DNA from: an uncultured Candidatus Saccharibacteria bacterium | GTDB taxonomy: Bacteria > Patescibacteriota > Minisyncoccia > Phycocordibacterales > 2-01-FULL-51-21 | Direction: 5' to 3' | DNA length: 42,011 nucleotides | NCBI GenBank assembly: GCA_964348955.1 | Contig: CAYGEN010000002.1 | Location: forward strand, 1-42,011 | Shown: positions 15,784 to 25,353 of the stretch, in pieces | How the letters are laid out: each line of letters starts with the position of its first letter | How positions within the stretch are numbered: position 1 is the stretch's first letter | Notes under the pieces: generated by a model | What the model saw: the letters and a program-made list of their open reading frames with translations, nothing else | Databases searched by the model: none | Told to the model about the DNA's origin: nothing | Program-made: the position numbers and the translations under genes

Positions 15784-17523
15784 TCAAACTTCGGGAGTAA
15801 CGAGTGCGACGATGCGCAGGCGCAACTCCGGAAAATTACGAAAAGTGGAACGCTCAATCGTTGCGAGAAGGTCAACCGAGGCGCCGACGGCAATCGGCGT
15901 ATCAAAATCATTCGGCTCCGCGAAAAATTTAATCGCCGAAACCGCCTTTCCTTTTTGGCGCGCAAAGGAAAGCTCTAGGTGCTGTTTTTCTTTTCCAAAA
16001 AGGCGGACATTTTCAATGAGCGCGTTTCTAAACAACCAAAGTGGTTTTGGGTTCCCTTCGCCAAACGGCGCGAGCCGCGCAATATGGCGATAGGTATTCC
16101 AATTAACATCTTCAAGCGAGAGCTCGCGGTCAAACGCTGTTTTCTCCGGAGCTAACGACATCGTTTGTAAGGAGAGAAAGGATTCGCTTAACTGCAGTTC
16201 AAGTAAATGTACATTCTCGTATGCGACCGAAAATCCGCCGGCAAATTGGTGTCCCCCAAATTCAATAAAAAGTTCGCGGCGCGACTCCATGAGCTGAAAC
16301 ACACTCACGCTACCCCCCGAGCGGCACGAGCCCTTGAGTAGCATAGTACCTTCCCGCCCCCAGAGAAATACCGGACGCTCATACTCCTCGGCAAGGGTAT
16401 TTGCCGCAAGTCCCAAAAGCGATGGCTTCCAGCGCGGGTCTCCCGCAACAACAACACTGCCAAGCGGTCGGTCGGTCACGCGTTTTCGTATTTCTTTTAC
16501 CATACTCGCCACAACCCCTTTTCGTTCATCATTAATACGATTCAAATGCGCGGCAGAGCTTGCCGCCACCGTTTCCTCTTCAGTGGTAAGCAAACGAAAC
16601 GCCTCCATGGGCGCGTCCATGCGCGATGCCGCATTAATGCGCGGCACCAGCATAAAATAGGCATCGTCCTCGGTGAACTCGCGCTGTACGACCCGCATGA
16701 GGCGACAAAGCTTCATCAGCCCGAGGCGGGGCGACTTTTTAAGAACCGCGAGTCCGAAATAGGCAAGTGCGCGATTCTCTCCCGTGAGCGGCACCATATC
16801 GGCGAGGGTGCCGAGCCCCGCCATATCAAGGAGCCATTTCTCCCACCCCTTGTGTATTCGCCAGCTTGCAGAGCCCTCTGCGAGAAGACCCTGAACCAGT
16901 TTGAAGGCGACGCCGGAACCGCACAAAAGTTTGAAGGGATAGGTCTCACCAACCTGTTTTGGATTAAGGAGCGCGTACACCTGAGCAGGATTCTCGCTCG
17001 GTAAATGATGGTCAACCACAATAACCTCCACCCCGAGCTCTTTGGCGCGAAAGGCGGCGGCGGTGTCGTTCGTGCCGCAGTCAACGGTAATGATGAGCGT
17101 GGTGCCACATAAGGCGAGCTCCTCTACCGCGCCCGCATGAAATCCATACCCTTCTTCATGCCGATGAGGAATGTAGTTGGTAAAGTGCGTATAGCCTATC
17201 TTTTTAAAAAAGTCGTGGAGTAATACGCCTCCCGGAATGCCGTCGCAATCATAATCGCTGTAAATCGCGATTCGCTCCTCTGCCTGAAGCGCGCCGAGAA
17301 TACGAGAGACGGCGCGCGCCATATTGCGCATTAAAAATGGGTCATGCAGGTCGCGCGTGTAATCGGGCGCAAGAAACACCTCTGCAGCATCGCGGGATAA
17401 AATGCCGCGCGTGTAGAGCATGTCTTGGAGAAATTCGGGATAAGAAATGAGTTCAGCGCGCACCCCATCAGGCGCAGATTCCCGAACGCTATATTTTTGC
17501 ATCCCCCTTTGAGCTGACTTCAT
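15784..17523 (-). CDS. recJ: Single-stranded-DNA-specific exonuclease RecJ
   Basis: 579 aa with the DHH family motifs IYSDYDCDGI, VDCG and VVDHH, and a DHHA1-like GGHQFAGG. Confidence 0.9.
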   Translation of the reverse strand: MKSAQRGMQKYSVRESAPDGVRAELISYPEFLQDMLYTRGILSRDAAEVFLAPDYTRDLHDPFLMRNMARAVSRILGALQAEERIAIYSDYDCDGIPGGVLLHDFFKKIGYTHFTNYIPHRHEEGYGFHAGAVEELALCGTTLIITVDCGTNDTAAAFRAKELGVEVIVVDHHLPSENPAQVYALLNPKQVGETYPFKLLCGSGVAFKLVQGLLAEGSASWRIHKGWEKWLLDMAGLGTLADMVPLTGENRALAYFGLAVLKKSPRLGLMKLCRLMRVVQREFTEDDAYFMLVPRINAASRMDAPMEAFRLLTTEEETVAASSAAHLNRINDERKGVVASMVKEIRKRVTDRPLGSVVVAGDPRWKPSLLGLAANTLAEEYERPVFLWGREGTMLLKGSCRSGGSVSVFQLMESRRELFIEFGGHQFAGGFSVAYENVHLLELQLSESFLSLQTMSLAPEKTAFDRELSLEDVNWNTYRHIARLAPFGEGNPKPLWLFRNALIENVRLFGKEKQHLELSFARQKGKAVSAIKFFAEPNDFDTPIAVGASVDLLATIERSTFRNFPELRLRIVALVTPEV

Positions 17524-17722
17524 CGGAATAGATTAGATTCTCATGGGAAATATGCACCCGCGACTCAAGATGGAACACATGGCACTATGTTAGCATATCC
17601 ATCTGCGCGACTTTTCACGCCATTTCTTCAATCCCATTTGATAAGACGCTAAGCGCCTTATCAAATGTCTTATCAATTAGGTACGTATGCAGCGCTCTAA
17701 TAATTTGTGTAGAATGAAAGAA

Positions 17723-18109
17723 ATGCCTAACTGTATATTCTGCAAAATTGTTTTGGGCGAGATTCCCTCAACAAAGGTCTATGAAGACGAGCACTTTCTC
17801 GTCTTCACCGATATTCACCCTCAATCCCCCGGTCATGTGCAGGTCATTCCAAAAAAGCACTTTCGTTTTGTATGGGATATGCCGGACGTTAGCGCAATGT
17901 CGCCAAATATCGGCAGTTATTTCAGTGTGGTGCGCAAAGTAGCGCGCGCCATGCAAGGCGCCTTCGGCACCGACTACGTGTTCAGCAAAGTGATGGGCGA
18001 CGAGGTGCCGCATGCGCATGTCTGGCTCTTTCCTCATCCAACGTATGCGCAGGGCGACCCGCAAGATTTTGAAGGCAATGCTGAAAAAATACGAAGCGCG
18101 CTCCGCTAG
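17723..18109 (+). CDS. HIT-family nucleotide hydrolase
   Basis: MPNCIFCKI N-terminus and HAHVWLFP histidine-triad motif. TGTGTAGAAT extended -10 lies 7 nt upstream of ATG 17723. Confidence 0.85.
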   Translation: MPNCIFCKIVLGEIPSTKVYEDEHFLVFTDIHPQSPGHVQVIPKKHFRFVWDMPDVSAMSPNIGSYFSVVRKVARAMQGAFGTDYVFSKVMGDEVPHAHVWLFPHPTYAQGDPQDFEGNAEKIRSALR

Positions 18110-18119
18110 ACTTTAGTTT

Positions 18120-18752
18120 TCATACTTCAATAAAAGCGCGGTCATGAGAGCGGCGATGATAGTAGAAACGGATGAATATCGCCGCGCTTATGGCGCCAAG
18201 TGCGTTAAAAACCAAATCAAGCGCGGTGTTTGTGTATCCGCCGACGCCCGTATTCGGCACAACCAAAACCGCGACAAACTCCACAATTTCATTCAGAGCG
18301 CCAAACCCCATCCCCGCCGCAATGATGAGAGGATACACGACCAGCCAGTTCGTTTTTTCATTTAAATACGGGCGAAGAAGATGATAGACCACGAGTGTTG
18401 CGACGGCAAAACCAAAAAAGTGCACCGCTTGGTCGTATTTTAAAATATAGAGTTCGCCGGAGCCGATTATCGGCACAAGATGCAGTTTATAGAGGACGGC
18501 ACCGTTTACCTCTATTCCCCCGCCGGCAAGATGCAGGAGTCCCCACAGTGAGAGGCCAAAGAGCGTCAGATAATCAAAGCGCGACCGGCGGATGGTGGTA
18601 AATATTAGCGCGAAAAATCCTGCGAGCACCAGAAGATACCAGATAAATTCAGCGTTTGCGATGCGCACATAATACGCCGCAAACGCCGTGATATAGATAA
18701 GCGAAAACACCGCAATCGCTTTTTCTCCTCCGGTAAGTCTAGGGAGTGACAT
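18120..18752 (-). CDS. Polytopic membrane protein (DUF2238/YjdF-like, tentative)
   Basis: 210 aa with about 6 TM helices and a NEIVEFVAVL motif. The family assignment is from memory only. Confidence 0.55.
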   Translation of the reverse strand: MSLPRLTGGEKAIAVFSLIYITAFAAYYVRIANAEFIWYLLVLAGFFALIFTTIRRSRFDYLTLFGLSLWGLLHLAGGGIEVNGAVLYKLHLVPIIGSGELYILKYDQAVHFFGFAVATLVVYHLLRPYLNEKTNWLVVYPLIIAAGMGFGALNEIVEFVAVLVVPNTGVGGYTNTALDLVFNALGAISAAIFIRFYYHRRSHDRAFIEV

Positions 18753-18764
18753 GCTATAACCGTT

Positions 18765-19730
18765 TTAATAGCCGATGATGTCTATCTGCCCCGAGCGGTT
18801 AATGTCAAACTTCTTTCCAAAAATAATCGGGGTCGTTGAGGTTGCATTCGGGGGCACATAAAACGTGTCAATGGTCGTCTGGATGAAATCAGTGCCGTGT
18901 GAGCTGGTCCCTTGTATGGTGTAGGTGATTTCGTAAGTCCCGGGATTAGCCGCGCCATTGTACACGCCGACATACTCACCCGGAGCATTCTCGGTTAGCG
19001 TTATGAGTGTCACTTCCTGATTCGGGTTCGTAATATGCGCCACGACCGTCACGCCGCCGACCGGTGTTGAGTTTCCACCGCCGCTCTGCTCAACCTGTAG
19101 CGTGATAATGACTTTTTGAGGAGCCGCGGCTACGCTCTCAAGCCCCGGCGAAACAGAAATGGGCGGCGCGCCGACCGGCACTTCAATGGTGTATGGGTCG
19201 GGAGTGTCTCCCTCGTTTGAAAGAACGACCGTCCAATTGCCCGCCGCTTTGTTGTTCGCCACCGTAATGGTGGTTGAGGTTGTTTTGCCGTCTTCCGCAG
19301 ACACCTTCTTGACACTCACCTTTGTTTTCCCCACACTTTGCGTCGTTGTTTCCTTGCTTGGTTTAAGCACATTCCCGAGTGGGTCAATGAGGGTAATGGT
19401 CGTTTGTGTGCCGGCTAACACCCTAAACAGAAGTGTGTTTGCGGGACCGATGGTAATAACCTGATTCGTTTCCGCATGAGGCGGCGTAAAACTCTTGGTG
19501 ATATTCGGCTGCACATTACTCCATATTAAACGAGCGCCGGATGTCCCTGCCGACCCTGCGCTTTGAGTTCCCGAGCCCTGTGCGAGGATATCAGCTACAT
19601 CCTGTACATTCTGCGGAGTCTGCTCGGGAGATGTTTGAAATTGGAGTCCCGCATACCCCGCGCCGATGAGAATAATGAGTGAGGCAAGCACAAGAGCTAC
19701 CGGAACAATCCACCCTCTGTTCATTTGCAT
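18765..19730 (-). CDS. Secreted or anchored protein with Ig-like beta-sandwich repeats
   Basis: N-terminal TM/signal WIVPVALVLASLIILIGAGYA, then T/S/V-rich beta repeats. Start ATG 19730 is preceded by TATACT plus 7 nt. Confidence 0.55.
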   Translation of the reverse strand: MQMNRGWIVPVALVLASLIILIGAGYAGLQFQTSPEQTPQNVQDVADILAQGSGTQSAGSAGTSGARLIWSNVQPNITKSFTPPHAETNQVITIGPANTLLFRVLAGTQTTITLIDPLGNVLKPSKETTTQSVGKTKVSVKKVSAEDGKTTSTTITVANNKAAGNWTVVLSNEGDTPDPYTIEVPVGAPPISVSPGLESVAAAPQKVIITLQVEQSGGGNSTPVGGVTVVAHITNPNQEVTLITLTENAPGEYVGVYNGAANPGTYEITYTIQGTSSHGTDFIQTTIDTFYVPPNATSTTPIIFGKKFDINRSGQIDIIGY

Positions 19731-19816
19731 ATATAAAAGTATACCCACACATGGGCGTCGTGCAAAGCCCTCGCGTGGGTATACCTGCCGCGCCCTCATT
19801 GAGAGAAAAAGAGGGG

Positions 19817-20950
19817 TTAAGACTCCACGTGAGCGAGAAGCGCCTCAATACCGGGAAGCGTCCCTTGGAGCAAAAATTCAAGCATTGCCCCGCCGCCCGT
19901 TGAAACAAATGCAAAGTGGTCCATGAGATTCAATTTTGAAATAGCCGCTATGGTGTCGCCGCCGCCAACAACACTGTAAACGCCGGAGCGCGCGATAACC
20001 CTCGCCAATTCTTCCGTTTGCCGCATATAGCCATGCTCGTAGTACCCCATGGGACCGTTCCAGAGAACAAAATTTGATTTTTGAATCTTTTCTTCCACAA
20101 ATGCAATCGTTGCCGGTCCGACATCCAAAATATTTTCTTCTGGGCTTATTGCGGTCGGCGGCACGACTCTAATACTGCCGCCCTTCGCGGCCACCACATC
20201 AATCGGGAGCAGTAATTTCTCATTGGCAAGAATAGAGGAAAAATCATAGGGCGTCGTTGAAACAAGCGACTTCCCCACCTCGTAACCCTTTGCGCGATAG
20301 AGGTCGTTTGCAACCGCGCCTCCGATAAAAACGCAGGAGTAACTTGCAAGAAATTTTTCTATAAGGGGCCCTTTCGTTTCAAACTTTGCTCCGCCGATAA
20401 TGGCAAGCGCCGTGCCCCTCGGCGCGAGCGCGCTCCTAAGTTCCGCTATCTCTTTTTGTAAAAGAAAGCCCGCGTAACTTTGAAGCAAACGCGGCAGTAG
20501 AACTATGGTCGCGTGAGGGCGGTGCGACACGGCAAAGGCGTCGTTCACATAGCACTCGCCAAATGCGGCAAGCGCCCGCGCAAATGCCATGTCGTTTTCC
20601 TCCTCGCGGCGGTCACGGCGCACATTCTCAAGAAGAAGCACCTCGCCGTTCTTGAGTGCGCCCACGGCGGCCTCTGCCGCAGAGCCCAAAAGCTCGGGAA
20701 TGAATTGAACGGGGAAGGACTCCGAAAGTTTTGCGGCAACTGGCAGGAGCGTGTCCCCCGCCCGCCCAAGATGGCTTAGCATCACGGTACGCGCGCCCTC
20801 TCTGGATAAAAATTGGATAGTTTCAAGCGCTTTGTCCAGACGAAAAGTATCAATCACTCTGCCGTTTTCAACCGGCACATTTAAATCCGCGCGCAAGATG
20901 ACGCGTTTCCCCCGAAAGGAAGACGCGCTTCGTATATCGGGAATGTGCAT
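19817..20950 (-). CDS. pgk: Phosphoglycerate kinase
   Basis: 377 aa with RADLNVP, a MLSHLGR-type motif, and GGGDT near the C-terminus. Confidence 0.95.
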   Translation of the reverse strand: MHIPDIRSASSFRGKRVILRADLNVPVENGRVIDTFRLDKALETIQFLSREGARTVMLSHLGRAGDTLLPVAAKLSESFPVQFIPELLGSAAEAAVGALKNGEVLLLENVRRDRREEENDMAFARALAAFGECYVNDAFAVSHRPHATIVLLPRLLQSYAGFLLQKEIAELRSALAPRGTALAIIGGAKFETKGPLIEKFLASYSCVFIGGAVANDLYRAKGYEVGKSLVSTTPYDFSSILANEKLLLPIDVVAAKGGSIRVVPPTAISPEENILDVGPATIAFVEEKIQKSNFVLWNGPMGYYEHGYMRQTEELARVIARSGVYSVVGGGDTIAAISKLNLMDHFAFVSTGGGAMLEFLLQGTLPGIEALLAHVES

Positions 20951-20956
20951 ACCTTC

Positions 20957-21712
20957 TTAGCGAGCGCGGTTCGCAATGCGGAGCATTTCCGAAAACGCCT
21001 CGGCATTGAGACTGGCGTGCCCGACCAAAAAACCATTGACTCTGCCGCGAGAGATGAGCGCGGCAATGTTTTGTGGTTCAACCGAGCCGCCATAGAGAAC
21101 CGGGGTGGATTCGGCAAGGGGGCGGGTAAACATCTCGGAAAGAATTTTACGGACAAAAATAACCGTCTCGTGTACCTCTTCAGGCGGCATGGCATCGTGA
21201 GCCTCTTTACCGATGGCCCAGATTGGTTCGTAGGCGATGAGGAGGCGTTTTATCTCCTGTGCCTCTACGGCGCGCAGTGCAAAGCGTAATTCTTCTTCAA
21301 GAAACGGCAGAGAGGTGCCTTGGTGGTCGCGCGTTTTTTCGCCGATACACAACACCACCGAGAGCCCCGCGGAAAGCGCCGCGCGCACTTTTTTTTGCAC
21401 AAGCTCATTATCTTCCCCGAGCGCGCGGCGCTCCGAATGTCCAATGATGCAGTAACGCACGCCCAGGTCTTTGAGCATGGCGGGGCTAATTTCCCCGGTG
21501 TGCGCTTCACCGTCGTCAAAAAAAACATTCTGCGCCCCGAGCGCGCTCTTTTTATCGCCGCGGAGCTTGGCAAGATACACCGATGGCGGACAAAAAACCG
21601 CAACGACATTTTTTTGGCGCGCCGCAGAGCGTTTCAATGCGCTCAAAAGCTTGACTGCCTTTTTGAGTGTCGCGGGATTCATTTTCCAATTTGCAATGAG
21701 ATACTGCCGCAT
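20957..21712 (-). CDS. tpiA: Triosephosphate isomerase
   Basis: 251 aa with ANWKMN, IIGHSERR, AYEPIWAIG and YGGSV motifs. Confidence 0.95.
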   Translation of the reverse strand: MRQYLIANWKMNPATLKKAVKLLSALKRSAARQKNVVAVFCPPSVYLAKLRGDKKSALGAQNVFFDDGEAHTGEISPAMLKDLGVRYCIIGHSERRALGEDNELVQKKVRAALSAGLSVVLCIGEKTRDHQGTSLPFLEEELRFALRAVEAQEIKRLLIAYEPIWAIGKEAHDAMPPEEVHETVIFVRKILSEMFTRPLAESTPVLYGGSVEPQNIAALISRGRVNGFLVGHASLNAEAFSEMLRIANRAR

Positions 21713-21726
21713 AGAAAATGAGTATA

Positions 21727-22944
21727 CTATATAGCACCTGAAAGCGAGTAGATGGGCGAAATGACCGATATGGCAAAAAAGCCCACGCCAAGACCGATGA
21801 AAATCATAAGGAACGGTTCAATGACCGTGGTCATATTTTTTGTTTTTTGTTCCACTTCATTTTCATAAAAGACGGCAACTTGGAGAAGCATCGCGGGAAG
21901 CTGGCCGGTTTCCTCACCGACCGCGATGAGTTCGCCGACGAGTGGGGGGTACAAATCTTCGTGCGAGGTAAAGACCGAGGCGATGGGGTTTCCTTTTTCT
22001 ATATTCCCTCGCGCCTCATCAATAACCGCCTTGAAATGCGAATTCTGAACGACCTCACTCGTTATCTCCAGTCCGGAAATTATCTCAACACCTGATGAAA
22101 GAAGTGATGAGAGCGTGCGCGCCGTGCGCGCCGCATTTACCTCGCGCATTATAGTGCCGATAACGGGCGACCGCAAAAGTATATTTTCAATCACATGTTT
22201 TCCCCGCACGGTTTTAACGAGGCGCAAAAAAAACGCCGTAAACGCCGCGACGCTAATGAGTATGACGTACCAGTAGTGCAAAATAAAGTTGCTTGTGCCG
22301 ATAACCATGCGCGTCGGCAGGGGCAATTCCACATCAAACGATGCGAAGGTGGCGCTCAACGTGGGAATAACCACGACGAGCATCGTGATGCCGATGGCAA
22401 TCATAGCGGTAAAAATGACTCCGGGATATATCATCGCCCCGCGAATTTTCTTGGTCAGGTTATACGCGCGCTCCGTTTGCTCGGCAACCACCAAAAGACT
22501 ACTCCCCAGCTTTCCGCTTTCCTCTCCGGCTTTCACCATGGCGGTAAAAAGTTTTGGAAACACTTTGGGAAAGCCCTCCATTGATTCGTGAAAACTGATG
22601 CCGCGCTTAATATCGTTTGAAAGCGCGCTCAACACTTCTTTGAAGTTGGTGTTTTTCGTCTGGCGCTCAAGAACGGAGAGTCCGCGCGAGAGGGGAAGTC
22701 CTGCGCCAATCATAGCGCCAAGGTTGCGCGCAAAAATAATTTTGTCGCTCTGCTTTACATTATCCAGAAAAATATGGAAACGCTTCAAATCAATCCGCAA
22801 ACCGGTGCCGATTTCTTCAACGGATAGAACGGTCGCGGAACTTTTTCGCACTTCCGCATATACGGCAAAGCGGTCCGGCACCAAAACGGTGCCCTCCATA
22901 GGTTCCCCATCGCTCCGAACCGCTTTGTAGTGAAATTTAGGCAT
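21727..22944 (-). CDS. pilC: Type IV pilus / T2SS platform protein (GspF/PilC family)
   Basis: 405 aa with two T2SSF repeats, e.g. FTAMVKAGEESGKL and LIAVGEETGQL. Confidence 0.9.
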   Translation of the reverse strand: MPKFHYKAVRSDGEPMEGTVLVPDRFAVYAEVRKSSATVLSVEEIGTGLRIDLKRFHIFLDNVKQSDKIIFARNLGAMIGAGLPLSRGLSVLERQTKNTNFKEVLSALSNDIKRGISFHESMEGFPKVFPKLFTAMVKAGEESGKLGSSLLVVAEQTERAYNLTKKIRGAMIYPGVIFTAMIAIGITMLVVVIPTLSATFASFDVELPLPTRMVIGTSNFILHYWYVILISVAAFTAFFLRLVKTVRGKHVIENILLRSPVIGTIMREVNAARTARTLSSLLSSGVEIISGLEITSEVVQNSHFKAVIDEARGNIEKGNPIASVFTSHEDLYPPLVGELIAVGEETGQLPAMLLQVAVFYENEVEQKTKNMTTVIEPFLMIFIGLGVGFFAISVISPIYSLSGAI

Positions 22945-23063
22945 GGAATGAGAAGTCGACGTAAGAATTACGAAGTGTAATGTACGAAAAGTACGAAAAA
23001 GAGGTTCTTGACTCTTCTGCGTAATTCGTAATTCTTACTTCGTAATTCGTTCATGGTTATTGG

Positions 23064-24818
23064 TTATTCCGAAACAACGCGTAGCACTTCTTCAATGGTC
23101 GTAATGCCCTGCACCGACTTAAAAATACCGTCTTGAATCATCGGGAGCATGCCTTCGGAAATGGCTTGCTTTTCTATGGTATCGGAAGTGGCACGCTTCA
23201 TAATTAGGTCTTTAATGGTCGGTGTCACCGCAAGCACTTCGTGAATTCCGATGCGTCCGCTGAAACCATCTGGACACTCGGGTGACGCTTTGGGACGATA
23301 GAACGGAACTTTTTCCCAGGTGACATCGGCGGCGACTATTTTTTCCTCCTTGAGCACCGCGAGCACATGGTCAAGGTCAACCGATTTGGCAAGCGCGGCA
23401 ATTTCCGTTTTCGTCAGACGATACTCTTCCCGCGACTGACAGAGTCGGCGCACCAACCGCTGACCAATAACCACATTCACAGTTGAAACCAGAAGAAACG
23501 GCTCGGAGCCCATGTCAATCATGCGCGGAATGGCGCCGGCGGCGGAGTTGGTGTGAAGTGTGGAGAGTACCAAATGGCCGGTGAGCGACGCATTAATCGC
23601 AAGCGAAACCGTCTCGCTGTCGCGAATCTCGCCAACCATAATAATATCGGGGTCTTGGCGCACGAACGAACGGAGTCCCGCGGCAAACGTAAAACCAATG
23701 TCCGGTTTGACCTGCGTTTGATTAATGCGCGGCATCTGATATTCAATCGGGTCTTCAATGGTTGAAATATTTACCTCGGGAGTATTCACCATATCAAGAA
23801 GCGTATAGAGCGTGGTTGTCTTCCCCGAACCCGTTGGGCCGGTGGTGAGAAGCATGCCGGTTTTTTGCTTGAGCGCGTTGTGGATCCGCTCCAATCCCTC
23901 GCCATGGAACCCGAGCCCCTCCAGAGAAAATCCGCCCGCGCTCTCACGCAAAAGACGCATGACGACTTTCTCTCCGTAAAACACCGGCAAAATGGAAACG
24001 CGCAGAGACACTTGTTGTCCGTGCACATCAACCTTGAACCGGCCGTCTTGCGGCAGGCGTTTTTCGTCAAGCTTTAAGTTCGCCAGCACTTTGATGCGCG
24101 CGGTGATGGACGAGCCGGCCGATTTCGGCAGTGACATCGCGTCATGCAACATGCCATCAATACGATACCGCACGATGACCTCGCGCTCCATCGGCTCAAT
24201 GTGCACGTCGGATGCGTTTTGCGTTACCGCGTGGCTGAGTAGCGTATCAACAATTCTAACCACGGGCAGATTTTCGGCGAGTTTCTTGAGGTCAGTGACC
24301 GTCGCGTCGCTACCCGCCTCCATACCAGCGGCATTGAGAGACTCCGCCTCTTTTTTAATAATGTCTCCGAACTCGTCTTTGAGCGTCTTCTGATACTGCA
24401 ACAACACGCTCTTGATTGACTCGGCGTCAGTGAGACGCGGAAGAATTTTTAAGCTGACTTTTTTCTTGACAAAATCAATCGCCTCAAGGTCGTCCGTGTC
24501 AAGCATCGCCACTTCAAGCGAGTCCCCTTCCCGCTTAAATGCAATGATATTGTTGTTGCGTGCTATGGGCTCGGGAATAAGCGAGAGTACTTCTGCATCA
24601 ACTTTTTTCCCTTTGAGATTGACGAACGGGATGCCAAGCACATAAGCCTGCATGCGCCGCAGGTCGTCCTCGGTCAAAATATCGCGATTAACGAGGACGG
24701 CGCCAATGCTTTTTCCGCCCTCTTCCGCCGCCACCTTTTCAGCCGCCTCAAATTCCGTCCGCGACACCAGTCCCGAATCAACGATAAACCCCTTTAACTG
24801 TTTTTCATCAATGTGCAT
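23064..24818 (-). CDS. pilB: Type IV pilus assembly ATPase (GspE/PilB family) with an MshEN-like N-domain
   Basis: Walker A GPTGSGKTTT, Asp box, and a Walker B-like DPDIIMVGEIRD. Start at the internal ATG 24818 (MHIDEKQLKGF). Confidence 0.9.
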   Translation of the reverse strand: MHIDEKQLKGFIVDSGLVSRTEFEAAEKVAAEEGGKSIGAVLVNRDILTEDDLRRMQAYVLGIPFVNLKGKKVDAEVLSLIPEPIARNNNIIAFKREGDSLEVAMLDTDDLEAIDFVKKKVSLKILPRLTDAESIKSVLLQYQKTLKDEFGDIIKKEAESLNAAGMEAGSDATVTDLKKLAENLPVVRIVDTLLSHAVTQNASDVHIEPMEREVIVRYRIDGMLHDAMSLPKSAGSSITARIKVLANLKLDEKRLPQDGRFKVDVHGQQVSLRVSILPVFYGEKVVMRLLRESAGGFSLEGLGFHGEGLERIHNALKQKTGMLLTTGPTGSGKTTTLYTLLDMVNTPEVNISTIEDPIEYQMPRINQTQVKPDIGFTFAAGLRSFVRQDPDIIMVGEIRDSETVSLAINASLTGHLVLSTLHTNSAAGAIPRMIDMGSEPFLLVSTVNVVIGQRLVRRLCQSREEYRLTKTEIAALAKSVDLDHVLAVLKEEKIVAADVTWEKVPFYRPKASPECPDGFSGRIGIHEVLAVTPTIKDLIMKRATSDTIEKQAISEGMLPMIQDGIFKSVQGITTIEEVLRVVSE

Positions 24819-24920
24819 AGCGAGAAACGATATAGGATATAAGATATAGATAGTATAGCGCACCCCGCGCGCCTACTCGCGTCCGTTTTCAACAGGAACA
24901 GAATTGTTTATCAAACACTC

Positions 24921-24953
24921 TTGTTTATCAAACACCGAGTGTTTGATAAACAA
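24921..24953. repeat. Palindrome family copy 2 (27-nt core 24924-24950, extended to 33 nt) plus an adjacent half-site at 24907-24918
   Basis: ttg-tttatcaaacac-cga-gtgtttgataaa-caa. The half-site tttatcaaacac lies 5 nt upstream. Confidence 0.9.
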
Positions 24954-25111
24954 TGATGAGTGCATCATAGGAGTGTATGTATACACCACCCCAAAGCTAT
25001 GTTTTGGAGATGAATGCGCGAAGACGCGAAGATGAAAAACACGCGATGCGAACACACAATGCAGAAATGGCAGAGAAAAGGTATAGGAAGGCATAAGAAA
25101 AATGTACACTC

Positions 25112-25138
25112 TTTATCAAACACTCGGTGTTTGATAAA
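25112..25138. repeat. Palindrome family copy 3 (centre TCG, i.e. inverted relative to copies 1 and 2)
   Basis: tttatcaaacac-tcg-gtgtttgataaa. Confidence 0.9.
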
Positions 25139-25217
25139 TCAGAGGGATGGTGGAATGAGGAACTTATATGTTCGCGCTTTGCCATGCCAACACCAATCCC
25201 CTACTTACTGGACTGGG

Positions 25218-25245
25218 TTGACAAATTTTTGTGAAAGTATATGTT
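25218..25245 (+). promoter_or_regulatory. Candidate sigma70-like promoter of the nusA leader
   Basis: TTGACA (25218-25223), with TATGTT at 16-nt spacing or TATATG at 14-nt spacing. Confidence 0.35.
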
Positions 25246-25258
25246 GTAGGTATCTGCA

Positions 25259-25286
25259 GTCCGCCCCGAAGGGGCGGACGTTTTTA
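25259..25286 (+). terminator. Strong intrinsic terminator / attenuator in the nusA 5' leader
   Basis: gtccgcccc-gaag-ggggcggac followed by gttttt. Located 68 nt upstream of the nusA ATG, with no plus-strand gene upstream. Confidence 0.7.
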
Positions 25287-25353
25287 GAAAATAACAAGCA
25301 GAACGAGTATATTTTTTAGGTTTTCCCATTAGTTTCACTCATAAAAAACTGCT

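Noticed and set aside
24873-25319. ORFs 24873-25109(-), 24997-25185(-) and 25014-25319(+) in the pilB-nusA spacer
   Set aside because: They overlap one another and read straight through the perfect palindromes, giving the mirror peptides SNTECLIK and SNTRCLI. They have no start-site signals. I treated them as non-coding.
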